This document shows positions 43,062 through 55,441 of a stretch of 64,000 nt of DNA, one piece after another. The stretch is from Octopus sinensis (lineage: Eukaryota): assembly GCF_006345805.1 (NCBI RefSeq), contig NC_043013.1, forward strand, positions 11,966,001-12,030,000, read 5' to 3'. Under the pieces are notes generated by a model, which did not search any database, was not told where the DNA came from, and saw nothing but the letters and a program-made list of their open reading frames with translations. The position numbers and the translations under genes were made by a program. Numbering within the stretch: the stretch's first letter is position 1; each line of letters opens with the position of its first letter.

Positions 43062-43439
43062 ATACATACATACATACATACATACATACATACATACATA
43101 CACGAGGAGGTGTTCAAAACTTACTGTCTTTGGGTAAAAGAATATACAGGACGATCAGTTGTGATTTCCTTCTAAGATTCACACATTTATTGCAGCAGGT
43201 TTTCAGCCTTTCTAAGCCTTGCAAAAGTACTTGTTTGGTTGAGTCTCCAACCAGGCCTTTCAAGACACCCGTAAAGCCAGGAACTTTTCAGCATCCCCTC
43301 ATATATATCCGTGTGTGTGTGTGTAATTGCAGTTGCATGAACACACACGATTAAAATATAATGTTTGTGTATGTATGTATATGTTTATAATTACACACAT
43401 ATAGGCAGAAACATATAATTCATTTTATATTTTGACACA

Positions 43440-43840
43440 ATGCCAAAAATTTCGGTGGGTAGCAGAGGGGTTTTGGAGGGGAGTCGATTATATTGACCCT
43501 AGTGTCTACGGCAGTGGTTTTCAACCAGGGTTCCGTCAGTACAGTCCAGGGGTTCCGCAAGAAGTTACAAAACTGCTGAAATCGGCAGTAATTTTTAATT
43601 CTCCTGTGCAGATATGTGTGCATAAGACTATTAAATTATTGCACAGGGGTTCCTCGAACCAGTGGAATTTTTCCTTACAGCAAATAGTTTGAAAAGCACT
43701 GGTTTACGGGTACAAGTTTTGTCGACCCTGAAAAGATAAAAGTGACAAAGTGAGGAATTTGAACTCGGAACGTAAAGACGGACGAAATGTCGCAAAGTAC
43801 GTTTGCCGGCGTGCTAACGATTCTGCCAGCTCGCCGCCTT
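43440..43840 (-). mobile_element. SINE-B variant split by a hAT MITE
   Basis: 43440-43511 and 43710-43840 rejoin into a SINE-B core and head. Confidence 0.75.
43512..43701. mobile_element. hAT (Charlie-like) MITE
   Basis: TIRs cagtggttttcaa / ttgaaaagcactg; 8-bp TSD gtctacgg (43504-43511) / gtttacgg (43702-43709). Confidence 0.85.
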
Positions 43841-44485
43841 GCGCAAACATAGAATTGTTCGCAGTTGATGCACCCAGATACCACACACACACACACACTG
43901 GCCTTCTCTCACACACGCACATATATATTTACACATATGTATATGTAGAGACAGAGAAAGACAGAAAACAGACTACATAATTATAAAGCCATGCGGGTAT
44001 GTGAATATATCTGTAAACACTATATGTCTATAAACTTGGCATGCTCTATTCTCATTTTTCCATTTTCGATATTGACTGCACTTGTTCTTGTTATCTACAT
44101 TAATATAGAACTAGATGCGTCAGCTAACGACCTTTGACCACGATTGGCCAACATGTTTCTGAAATATCCCCTACCCTATTTCATCATTCCTTCCTCCCTC
44201 ACATACACACTTTGCCTGTTCTGATTTTTGTTCGGCGATGCTAGTGATGAGTGGGGGAAAGAGGAAGGTAATTTTTCATTTATTTATTTATTTTGTTTTT
44301 GTTTTTATACAAGGGACGTTAACTCTTATTATGCCACGTGTTGACACTGAACCTTGACATCAAAGATAAAAACCACTGTTGAAATGAACCTGTATTCTTT
44401 TGTCTGTTAGTATTGACGATGCACAGATTTCATGTAACAGTAGCAACAACAAAAGCAACAACAACAAGAGCAACACCAGCAGTTT

Positions 44486-44555
<70 letters not shown>

Positions 44556-44763
44556 TACATTGTTAGTACGCTGTTGTTCTTGTGGTCTTTGTAGGTATAC
44601 TGTGGCAATGATGCTTGTTGTTTGTAGCGCTGTTGTTCAGCATTGATTGTGCAATGGATTCTATTCTAATCTACGGTAGGGGGAGCTGCTTTCTTCTTTC
44701 CTAACCCAACCTCACCTAGACTGTTAACACAGTGAGGAGGAGGGAGCATACAAACACACACAC

Positions 44764-44825
<62 letters not shown>

Positions 44826-44957
44826 TACATATAATATATATATATAATATATATATATATATATTATATATATAAATATACATACATACATATAAATATA
44901 TTTGTATGTATGTATGTATGTATGTATCTCTATCTATCTATCTATCTATCTATAATA

Positions 44958-44997
<40 letters not shown>

Positions 44998-45481
44998 TAT
45001 ATATACATACAAACACACAGACATTCACGTATGTGTGTGTATATATATATATATAGTTGTACATATATTTATAGACCATGATATAGGGGGGAGTGGCGAG
45101 GCTGGGCATTCTAAGTTTTCCCATATTCATACATTATCTAGCTGGTGATTACAAACTCGTCTAGTTGATTGAAATTATCGTAAATAATATTTATTCCGCA
45201 GCTTTCAGGAGATAAAAGAAAAGGCTTTGTGACTCTTCAAGAACGTTTTTCGTCAGGCACCGTAGAACAGCGATGGAATTCAACTAAAAACAGCGACATA
45301 TTTTAGCGTTGGCGAACATTTTGCTCTTTCGCTTGCTGGCTTTATTCATTCCTTTAGTTTTCCGTTCATCTTTGTTATCAAAAATTGGGAAGCGCAGTTG
45401 AAAACTTTTAGGATAATTCAATTTCGTTGCTGTGAAGACATAGATACTCACAGGCGAATACATATACACGAGCACAGCTTA

Positions 45482-45515
<34 letters not shown>

Positions 45516-45989
45516 GCACATGCGGACAAACACGTATATATGAACAATTTGTTTGTGCCCCAATATAAATATGCATATACGTATATAGACGCATATATAC
45601 ACACTTATTATTTATATATATATAATAATAATAATGTGTGTATATATATATATGTGTGATCACATATACATACACTCTCTTTCTCTCTCTCTTCCTCTCT
45701 CTCTTCCTCTCTCTCTCTCTTTCTCCTCCTCCTCTCTTTCCCACTCAACATTGCAGTCCCTTGTTTGTGAACTCCTTGCTGCATGGCATTTGACCTGTGG
45801 ACAACAATAGCCAAACAACACACATGCTCTACTAAACAAAAAATCATTAACCCCGCCACCATCCCTCCGTCCTTTTGCCCCCCTCTTTTCCTTTTTTATC
45901 CTCTTTCTCTTTCATCTCTCTCTCTCTCTTTCTTTCTCTCTCATCCTTCCATTAAGAACACACTTGCCAAAATTACCAAACAACAGCTC

Positions 45990-46918
45990 TAAGACCATGG
46001 CACAAACAGAGCGATGGACAACATAAATAGCCACTACCAACACTGGCACCCACGTCGACCGCCACCATGTGCCCCAACACCATAACCACCACCACCACAA
46101 CAGCTATAGCCTCATATTGCCACCAATAATAATGACAACAGTAAACATCATCACGATGCCAATTACGAAGACTAAGCAACACTGATAATAGAATTAGCAG
46201 TGCCCACCACACAGATCACTAGGATAAACCAACACAACAAAACAACAATAACAGTAACAACAACGACGATGACGACGACGACGACGACGACAATGAAGGC
46301 GATGACTTCCACCACCACTGTCACCGTCACCACCATTGCTCACACCACATCAGCATCATTATCTCCAATGCAACCACTATCGAAACAACTATTAACCCAC
46401 CACCACCACCACCACCACCACCACCACCACCACCACCACCACAACCACCACCACCACCACCGCCACCATCAACCACCGCCACCACCACCACCACAACAAC
46501 CACCACCGCCACCGCCACCACAACCACCACCATCACCGCCACCGTCGCCGCCAACGCCACTACCGCCTCTGCGCCCGCTCACCCTCGCCGTCGCTGCCAA
46601 TTCAGCTTTGCCAACAACCATTAGAAGCTCCACCGCTTCCACCACCCTACCACAACAGCTATCACAATTACCTCAACCACAACCGCAGCCTATACTGTTA
46701 CTATTACAAACAAAACTATCAACACCACATCACCACTTATACCATTGCCGACACCTCATCACGACCACTGTTATCAAAAACCACTACCAACAACAAAACG
46801 ACATCAATAATACCTATAATTCAACTTACACAACAATCATTGCAAACACCACCACCGCAACTATAGCCTATACATCTACTATAACAAACAAAATCACCAA
46901 CACAACCCACGTAATTGT
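45990..46918. repeat. Degenerate (CAC/CCA/ACA) trinucleotide low-complexity tract
   Basis: Direct reading; it accounts for the poly-T/H/P ORF at 46200-47042. Confidence 0.8.
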
Positions 46919-46933
46919 CAACACCAGCTCCAA

Positions 46934-47290
46934 GTGGAGGCGCAATAGCCCAGTGGTTAGGGCAGCGGACTCGCGGTCGGCGGATCGCGGTTTCGATTCC
47001 CAGACCGGGCGTTGTGTGTGTTTATTGAACGAAAATACCTAAAGCTCCACGAGGCTCGGGCAGGGGGTGGTGGTGACCCCTATTGTACTCTTTCGCCCCA
47101 AATTTTTCTCACTCTTTCTTCCTACGCAACCGCTGATCCTGGATGCGCATTCATCCATCCGTCGATACTCTCGGTGTCGGGGGTTAACTTGTTTTCTCTT
47201 CTGCGGGTCTTGCGAATAGCAAAGGACCACGATTCGGACTTCTTCCACTGCGAGCTCAGAGACGAATACTGCTTCGCTCAACAGCAGCAG
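46934..47290 (+). mobile_element. Complete SINE-C (tRNA head) with a 15-bp TSD and a short (CAG)n tail
   Basis: A-box-like tagcccagtgg, B-box-like gtttcgattcc; caacaccagctccaa at 46919-46933 and 47291-47305. Confidence 0.9.
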
Positions 47291-47482
47291 CAACACCAGC
47301 TCCAATACCATTTTTTTTTAATGTATTAACTATTGCTTCAAACATTAGCAACACCACAACATCTATGAACACCACCGCTAATACAGTTACAAGTTCTTAT
47401 AGCTATTAGAAACCCCACTACCGCAAACGTTACCATTGCATAAACCACAACGACCATCACCGCTGCAAATAATCTCCGTATA

Positions 47483-47882
47483 GGCGCAGGAGTGGCTGTG
47501 TAGTAAGTAGCTTGCTTACCAACCACATGGTTCCGGGTTCAGTCCCTCTGCGTGGCACCTTGGGCAAGTGTCTTCTACTATAGCCTCGGGCCGACCAAAA
47601 CCTTGTGAGTTGATTTGGTAGACGGAAACTGAAAGAATCCCGTCGTATATATGTATATGCGTGTGTGTATGTATGTGTGTTTGTGTGCCTGTGTTTGTCC
47701 CCCCAAAATCGCTTGACAACCGATGCTGGTGTGTTTACGTCTCCGTAACTTTGCGGTTCGGCAAAAGAAACCGATAGAATAAGTACTAGGCTTACAAAGA
47801 ATAAGTCCTGGGGGTTGATTTGCTCGACTAAAGGCGGTGCTCCAGCATGGCCGCAGTCAAATGACTGAAACAAGTAAAAGAG
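47483..47882 (+). mobile_element. Full-length SINE-A (tRNA head, CORE-like accttgggcaagt, LINE-like tail)
   Basis: A box tggctgtgtagt, B box ggttcagtccc, internal microsatellite and 3' hairpin cagtc-aaat-gactg. Possibly one of the published octopus OK/OR SINEs (not verified). Confidence 0.9.
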
Positions 47883-48912
47883 CAAACGTGTAAAGACTTA
47901 ACCATTAATAGAAGCTTTACGTCATAAGATTACAATACTTATAACACTATTAACAGCAGAAGTGTATTAACAGAGCAAGCAGTAAAAAAATAAAATCGTG
48001 GTTTTTCCTGACATGTACTCTGCAGTTCTTAAGGAAATTACTGGCAACAACAAGATAAATATGAACGTAAACACCAATTACAGTAAGTGGTTATTGCAAG
48101 AAACACTAAAATAATAACAGAATATATAAAGAGCATCGTATACAGACCGAAGAATTTCTCTGGAGGTCGCAAATAAATGTTTTGCCGTCACTCGGAAGAG
48201 ATCATGTTTTGATCGCATGTAGCAAGTATTTCTTATTTATTTTCGGCATCCGTGTAGTCGCGAGTAGACATAGATATTGTATCGGCCCTTCTACTCTTGA
48301 CCCAGTGGGACATCTAAGTGTGGTAATTGGAAAGAGGGAAAGAGATACAAAGGAAGAAATACAAAGGAAGAGATACAAACGCACAGACAGAAAGAGAGGG
48401 GAAAAAAGATAAAGGGAAAAAGAGAGAATGGGTGCAGCACAGGATTTGAGCTGTTAATGCTTTTCATATGAGAAATTTTGGCTGCATAAAATAAAGTGTC
48501 TTGCTCTAGGAGATAACGATCCGCACAGTCTAGGAATCGAACCATCTAACTTATAATCGAATAGTTAACCATTAAGCCATGTGGCTTTGCAGCTTGAATA
48601 TCTATAATTAAGAATGCACTGGAGATTTAATTCTTTAAAAATGCATGGAAGGTTGCATATATACATACATTTATATATATATATAGATATATATATATAT
48701 ATATATATATACAAATGTATGTATATATGCAACCTTCCATGCATTTTTAAAGAATTAAATCTCCAGCGCATTCTTAATTATATTATATAATATATATATA
48801 CATATATATATAATGCATGTATATGCGTGCATACACATAACACACATAAATATATATGTAAGAGTGTATAATGCATTATATATATATATTATTATATAAT
48901 ATATATATATAT

Positions 48913-48946
<34 letters not shown>

Positions 48947-49136
48947 ATATTATAAGTAAATAAATGGAGCTGAACGAAGATGTTATTAAAATTCTTTTAC
49001 TTTCGACATATGTATCAAAGACAACATTGGTTTTATTCCAAAGGAATATACGGTGTAAAATGCAATCTTCTCACCAGAAAAAAAAGAGAGCCTATTCCTC
49101 CGTCTTTCTTTTCTCTTGGACTTTCCTCTGTCTCCT

Positions 49137-49171
49137 GTTTCTGAAGAAGAGCTTTGCTCGAAATGTAAAAC
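49137..49171 (+). ncRNA. Putative minimal type I hammerhead with a canonical core
   Basis: GTTT-CTGAAGA-A-GAGC-TTT-GCTC-GAAA-TGT-A-AAAC. Confidence 0.6.
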
Positions 49172-49204
49172 AACCTTTCTTTCCTTCCCTCTACATAGAA
49201 GAAG

Positions 49205-49522
49205 GGGGTGACCCATTCGGTCTCGAATGACCGTGGGATTACACATAGAAAATTTCTCACCGAGGGATAACTCTGGGCAAGGCTGCGGAAGGCCAGCAGT
49301 TTCCCATGCATATCAGGTTCCTCTCTCCACAATTTGGATGTTGTCTAAAAGAGAGGCACAGGCCGATACATCTTGGCACCAGTGACGTCACAACTCATTT
49401 CTACAGCTGTGTGAACTGGAGCAACGTGAAATAAAGTGTCCCGCTCAAGAACGCAGCTCACAGCCCAGTCCGGGAATCGAACTCACCACCTTATGACTCT
49501 GAGCCCGTCGCTCAAACGACTG
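49205..49522 (-). mobile_element. SINE-E (tRNA head, distinct body)
   Basis: Minus strand has the B box gagttcgattcccgg, then ttgagcgggacactttatttcacgttgctccagt. A related fragment lies near 48490-48560. Confidence 0.75.
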
Positions 49523-50764
49523 ATATATGTATATATATAGATGTATATATACGTACATATATATATATGTGTGTGTGTATATATGTATATATATGTACAT
49601 ATATAGATAGATAGATAGATATAGATGTATTTGTATATGTATAAGCATATATATATATGTATATATTTATATATGCGTCAATGCTCCTGATGGTCTACTT
49701 TTGTGTGTGTGTGTGCGCGCGCGCACGCATGTGCTAGCGTGCGCGCGTTTCGTGCGTGTTTTCATGTGTATGTATATAACAAGCATAGAATTCTTAACTG
49801 AGTAGAATATGCTTCGCTGGGGAGGTTTAATGAGATCGAAACACCTTCGTTGTTTCCACAATTTGGCTTTCAAGATCAAAACTACACCATTCTGCATTGT
49901 TTATTTTATCAAATCTATCGATCTACTGATTGTATTAGCGTTATACATGGCGCTTGTTGTTTTTAGAGTTTTAAACACTTCTAGAGGGAGATTTTGTTTA
50001 CGAATTGCTTGGATAACCTCAGTTGTTAGAAGTTTTTCAACTCAACTCGCTCTATTACATAGAGGAGCGGCTCTTCTCATAAAACAAGCTACGGTTGGAG
50101 TAATAACAATATCTATATGCACATTAACACCATGAGTTATGAACAGAACGGACAAACAAAAATAGTTACAGTTGTAATGATGTTTGCACCAATATATAAC
50201 ATGAACGAAAATACGAACTTTAACAAGAACATGGACATATAAACAACAGCTACAATAATAACTGATTATTGCAGAGGTGATGATGGCAGGCAACTTTAAA
50301 CAGCAACTTTAAATAACATTAACATTATTAACAACAATAACGTGGCCCCCAACAACAGGAGCAACAGTGATTTCAGCCGCAAGTATTATCATTAACACGA
50401 AAAGAATTAACGAATAGAACAGGAAAATTCCATCACCAAGAAACATCAACGCTAGCATCGATATAGATGTATCAATACGCATCACCAACGCCATCGCCGT
50501 CGTAATCATCATCATGATCATCATCATGATCATCACCATCATCACCTTCAGCAGCAACAGTGGTAACAGCAGCAGCAGCAGCATCGGCTATAAATGGCGG
50601 CTTCGCTTGTGATGGTGGCCATGTCAGATACTAACAGCGTCAATACATCAACAATTACATATTTCAATTTCTTTCCACTCTAAAGAATATTTTGATAACA
50701 ACTGATAATAATATTAATAATAATAATGACAATAATAATATTATTATTAATAATAATAATAATA

Positions 50765-50871
<107 letters not shown>

Positions 50872-51769
50872 GCAGTAACAATAACAATATGAAAAATAAT
50901 GATAATAATAATAATTTATCAACAATATCCTGATAGTTTTTCGAAGCCAAGATCTTGTCCAGTTTAAGCGTTAGCTTTCGAATTGTTAATTATATAACTA
51001 ATCTACGGCTAATGTGGACATGATGTCTCCTGTTGATTAGTTTACCGTACAGAGTTATTCAATTCCTTGGAACGCGATCATTCTATGTTTGGTAAGCATG
51101 GTTGTTTAGCCAGTTCATATGTTCTTTCAAGTTTTGGGATATATATGAATTTATATATATATATTTGTACATCTACATATATATATATATATATATATAT
51201 ATGTATAAGTATATATGAATTTATATATATATATATGCGCATTCGCAAGCTAGATATCAACGAAACAATGTCACAAAAGGATGTAAAAGTTTATATAACT
51301 ATTATTATTGTTATATTATTATTTGATCAACGGTAACAATTACGTTGGCTTACATCTGTCAGTCCACCACTAAAGCGAAGATGAGGGCGGGAAGGAGAAG
51401 GTGTCGGGGGAAGTGTGGGTGAGTCGGAGAAGGAAGGTGTGTGGGGGACACGTAGTGGTGGTGGTGGTGTTTTTAGTGGTGGGGGCGGAGATGGGCGGGA
51501 AGTGCACGCGGGTGAAAAATGCAGTTTTTAGTTTGGAACAAAAGACAAAGAAATATGTATGTGCATGTATGTGCGTATGTATATATATATATATATATAC
51601 GTATATATATGTACATATATAAACGTATATATGTACATACATGCATACATGTATACATATGTGTATATGTACATATACATGCATTTATGTATACATGTAT
51701 AAATATGTGTATATATATGTATGCATGTATATATATATATACATACGTACATGTATATGCATACATATA

Positions 51770-51818
<49 letters not shown>

Positions 51819-51956
51819 TGAAAGAGAGAAAAGAGAGAAAGAGAGAGAGTGGGTGAAATATAGTTAGAGAAGGAAGTAAAGAAAAATGGAAAGAAAGAAA
51901 GAAAGAAAAAATAAGTAGAGTTAATGTTGAATAGATTTATAATACAATGTTATACA

Positions 51957-51987
<31 letters not shown>

Positions 51988-52779
51988 CACACACATATAT
52001 ATATGTATATGTATATGCCATACAGTTGATCTGTAATATTTCATTCATAATTTTTCCGGTACTTTTTGACCAGAACTCATTGCAAACCACAAAGTTTGTT
52101 GTTGCCTTTCTGTCTTTTTCGCTGTGTATACCTATCTGTTTATCTACTCCGCTCATGATTTATCTCTCTCTCTCTCTATCGCTTTGTGTCGTCCTCTCTA
52201 TCTACCACTCTTATCTATCTGTCTTTCTTTCCATCTAACAGTTTATTTATCTGTCTCTTTCCCTCTCCTCACTACAACACGGCGGACAACAAAAGTTCGT
52301 CTTGAAAATTTTATTTGATATCCACAGTTTCATTTGATCGCTGGCAACATAGTTAGATAATATTAAATAATCAAGTTATTAAAGAAATGCAATGTAGTGC
52401 GTCTACAATTAGCACAAACCAAATTAATTAAATCAAATTAGATCGGCTCTGCTACACTTTAGCTTAGTGAGTTGTTGTACTCGTTAGCGGGTGTGTTGAT
52501 GGCGCAGATTCGGGTTTGCGCGGAGCGGGCGGGTGGGAGGACGGGCTGACGATGGTCGCCGCGCTGTGGTGTATGTGTGTATGTGAATGCGATGTGATGT
52601 GGGATGGTAGTTTGGTTGGATGGTTCGTCAATTCAACGCTTAAAAACTGTATGTTGCATAGAATTCAATAAACATCATTGTTTAGAGAAAACATCTAAAG
52701 AAAACACATTGAATTCTAACATGAACAATAAGCCGAAATGACAAGAGAAAATTAGTGTGGTGTGTATAACGGAATGAAC

Positions 52780-53252
52780 GAGAAGTGTTGGCGTCGATGG
52801 TGACGCCACGGGTGGCAGTAGCGGCAGCAGCAGTGGTCGTATGCATTATGTAGTTTATCATTATAGTTGAGTTTGTTTTGTTAGCGGTGATGGTGTGCAG
52901 GCGTTGTTCTTTTATTAGTGTTGTTATTGTTGTTGGAGGAGGGGGAGGAGGAGGAGAAGATAGTGGTGATTGTAGTAACGCTGTTGTTATTGTAGCTTTA
53001 GCTGTGGTGGTATGATGGTGGTGACGGTGGTGTGTTGGTGTTCTTCATGATGGGGGTGGTGGAGGTGATGATGGCAATACAAGCAACTGCGTTATAAGTA
53101 GTGGTGGCGATGTTGTTGGTGATGATAGTGATGATGGTGATGGTAGTGTGTTGTTGTTGCTGGTAGAGGTAGTGGATGCGCTTGTAGAAGCAGTAGCGGC
53201 TGTAGTAATGTAGTTATTATTGTTGTAGTTTCGGTAGAGCTGTTAGTATTAG

Positions 53253-53305
<53 letters not shown>

Positions 53306-53770
53306 GTGGTGTTGATGGTAGTGCACTGGCTTCGTTTTTTCTTAGTGCTATTGTTGTTGTTGGTAGTGGTGATGAAGCACGGTTGTCATAGTTGTGGTTT
53401 AGGTAGTAGTGTTGGCATTAATAGTAGTGATGTTGTTGGTGTCGCACCTATTGTTGTTGCTAGTGATGGCAGTGGTATTGGTGGCAGTGGAGGTGGTGGT
53501 TGTTGAAATCGTGGTAGCTTTTAGTGGTGGTGTTACCATTAGCAATTGTGTTGATGCTATTAGCAGTGATGTTGGTAGTCGTGTTGGCGGTGGTGATAGC
53601 GGTAGTAGTAGTGACAGTGTAGGAACTAGTGTTGGGTGGTAGCAGTGGTAGTGGTGGTAACGGTGGTAATTATTATAGTAAATGTGGTAGTGGTGAAAGT
53701 GGTATAGTGATTATCTTTATAGTTAAGGTCGACAAGTAACAAGTAGTTGTTGTTCTCGTTGCTATTGTTG
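52780..53770. repeat. Degenerate (GGT/GAT/GTT) trinucleotide tract including a perfect (GAT)n
   Basis: Direct reading. Confidence 0.8.
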
Positions 53771-53790
53771 TCGTTAATATTTAGTCCAAG

Positions 53791-55441
53791 GATAAGGCGG
53801 CGAGCTGGCAGAAACGTTAGCACGTCGGGCGAAATGCTAACCAGTATTTCGCCTGTCTTTACGTTCTGAGTTCAAATTCCGCCGAGGTTGACTTTACCTT
53901 TCATTCTTTCGTGGTGGATTAAATATGTACCAGTTACGAACTGGGGTCGATATAATCAACTTATCCATTTGTCTGTCTTGTGTTGTCTCCTCTCTATTTA
54001 GCCCCTTGTGGGTGGTAAAGAAATAGGTATTTCGTCTTACGTTCTGAGTTCAAATTCTGCCGAGGTCGATTTTTGCCTTTCATCCTTTCGTGGTCGATTA
54101 AATATGTACCAGTTACGAACTGGGGTCGATATAATCAACTTAATCCATTTGTCTGTCCTTGTTTGTCTCCTCTCTATTTAGCCCCTTGTGGGTGGTAAAG
54201 AAATAGGTATTTCGTCTTACGTTCTGAGTTCAAATTCTGCCGAGGTCGATTTTTGCCTTTCATCCTTTCGTGGTCGATTAAATATGTACCAGTTACGAAC
54301 TGGGGTCGATATAATCAACTTAATCCATTTGTCTGTCCTTGTTTGTCTCCTCTCTATTTAGCCCCTTGTGGGTGGTAAAGAAATAGGTATTTCGTCTTAC
54401 GTTCTGAGTTCAATTCTCTGCCGAGGTCGATTTTTGCCTTTCATCCTTCGTGGTCGATTAAATATGTACCAGTTACGAACTGGGGTCGATATAATCAACT
54501 AATCCATTTGTCTGTCCTTGTTTGTCTCCTCTCTATTTAGCCCCTTGTGGTGGTAAAGAAATAGGTATTTCGTCTTACGTTCTGAGTTCAATTCTTTCTG
54601 CCGAGGTCGATTTTTGCCTTTCAATCCTTTCGTGGTCGATTAAATATGTACCAGTTACGAACTGGGGTCGATATAATCAACTTAATCCATTTGTCTGTCC
54701 TTGTTTGTCTCCTCTCTATTTAGCCCCTTGTGGGTGGTAAAGAAATAGGTATTTCGTCTACGACGTTCTGAGTTCAAATTCTGCGAGGTCGATTTTTGCC
54801 TTTCATCCTTTCGTGGTCGATTAAATATGTACCAGTTACGAACTGGGGTCGATATAATCAACTTAATCCATTTGTCTGTCCTTGTTTGTCTCCTCTCTAT
54901 TTAGCCCCTTGTGGTGGTTCAAAGAAATAGGTATTTCGTCTTACGTTCTGAGTTCAAATTCTGCCGAGGTCGATTTTTGCCTTTCATCCTTTCGTGGTCG
55001 ATTAAATATGTACCAGTTACGAACTGGGGTCGATATAATCAACTTAATCCATTTGTCTGTCCTTGTTTGTCTCCTCTCTATTTAGCCCCTTGTGGGTGGT
55101 AAAGAAATAGGTATTTCGTCTTACGTTCTGAGTTCAAATTCTGCCGAGGTCGATTTTTGCCTTTCATCCTTTCGTGGTCGATTAAATATGTACCAGTTAC
55201 GAACTGAGGTCGATATAATCAACTTAATCCATTTGTCTGTCCTTGTTTGTCTCCTCTGTGTGGGCAGTAAAGAAATAAGTATTTCGCCTGTCTTTACGTT
55301 CTCAGTGCAAATTCCGCCGAGGTTGACTTTGCCTTTCATTTTTTGGTGGTCGATAAATTAAGTACCAGTTGCGTACTGGAATGGATCTAATCGTTTAGCT
55401 CCTTCCCCAAAAATCTCGTACATTGTGCCTAGAGTAGAAAA
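53791..55441 (+). repeat. SINE-B-derived tandem array, about 9 units with a ~180 bp period, inside one TSD
   Basis: gcccc anchor at 54001, 54181, 54361, 54540, 54723, 54904 and 55085. TSD taatatttagtcc(a/c)ag at 53775-53790 and 55442-55457. Confidence 0.9.

Noticed and set aside
46934-47010. tRNA-like sequence
   Set aside because: It has A and B boxes but no proper cloverleaf; it is the head of a TSD-bounded SINE.
46200-47042. 280-aa ORF rich in T, H and P
   Set aside because: It is a degenerate trinucleotide tract read through into a SINE; no domain and no splice context.
47035-47100. agctccacgaggct resembling an HDV ribozyme P3/L3
   Set aside because: I could not find matching P1 and P2 pairings in either family copy.
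53791-55441. Array as a CRISPR or a classical retrozyme
   Set aside because: There are no unique spacers, and no CUGANGA/GAAA hammerhead was found on either strand of the unit.
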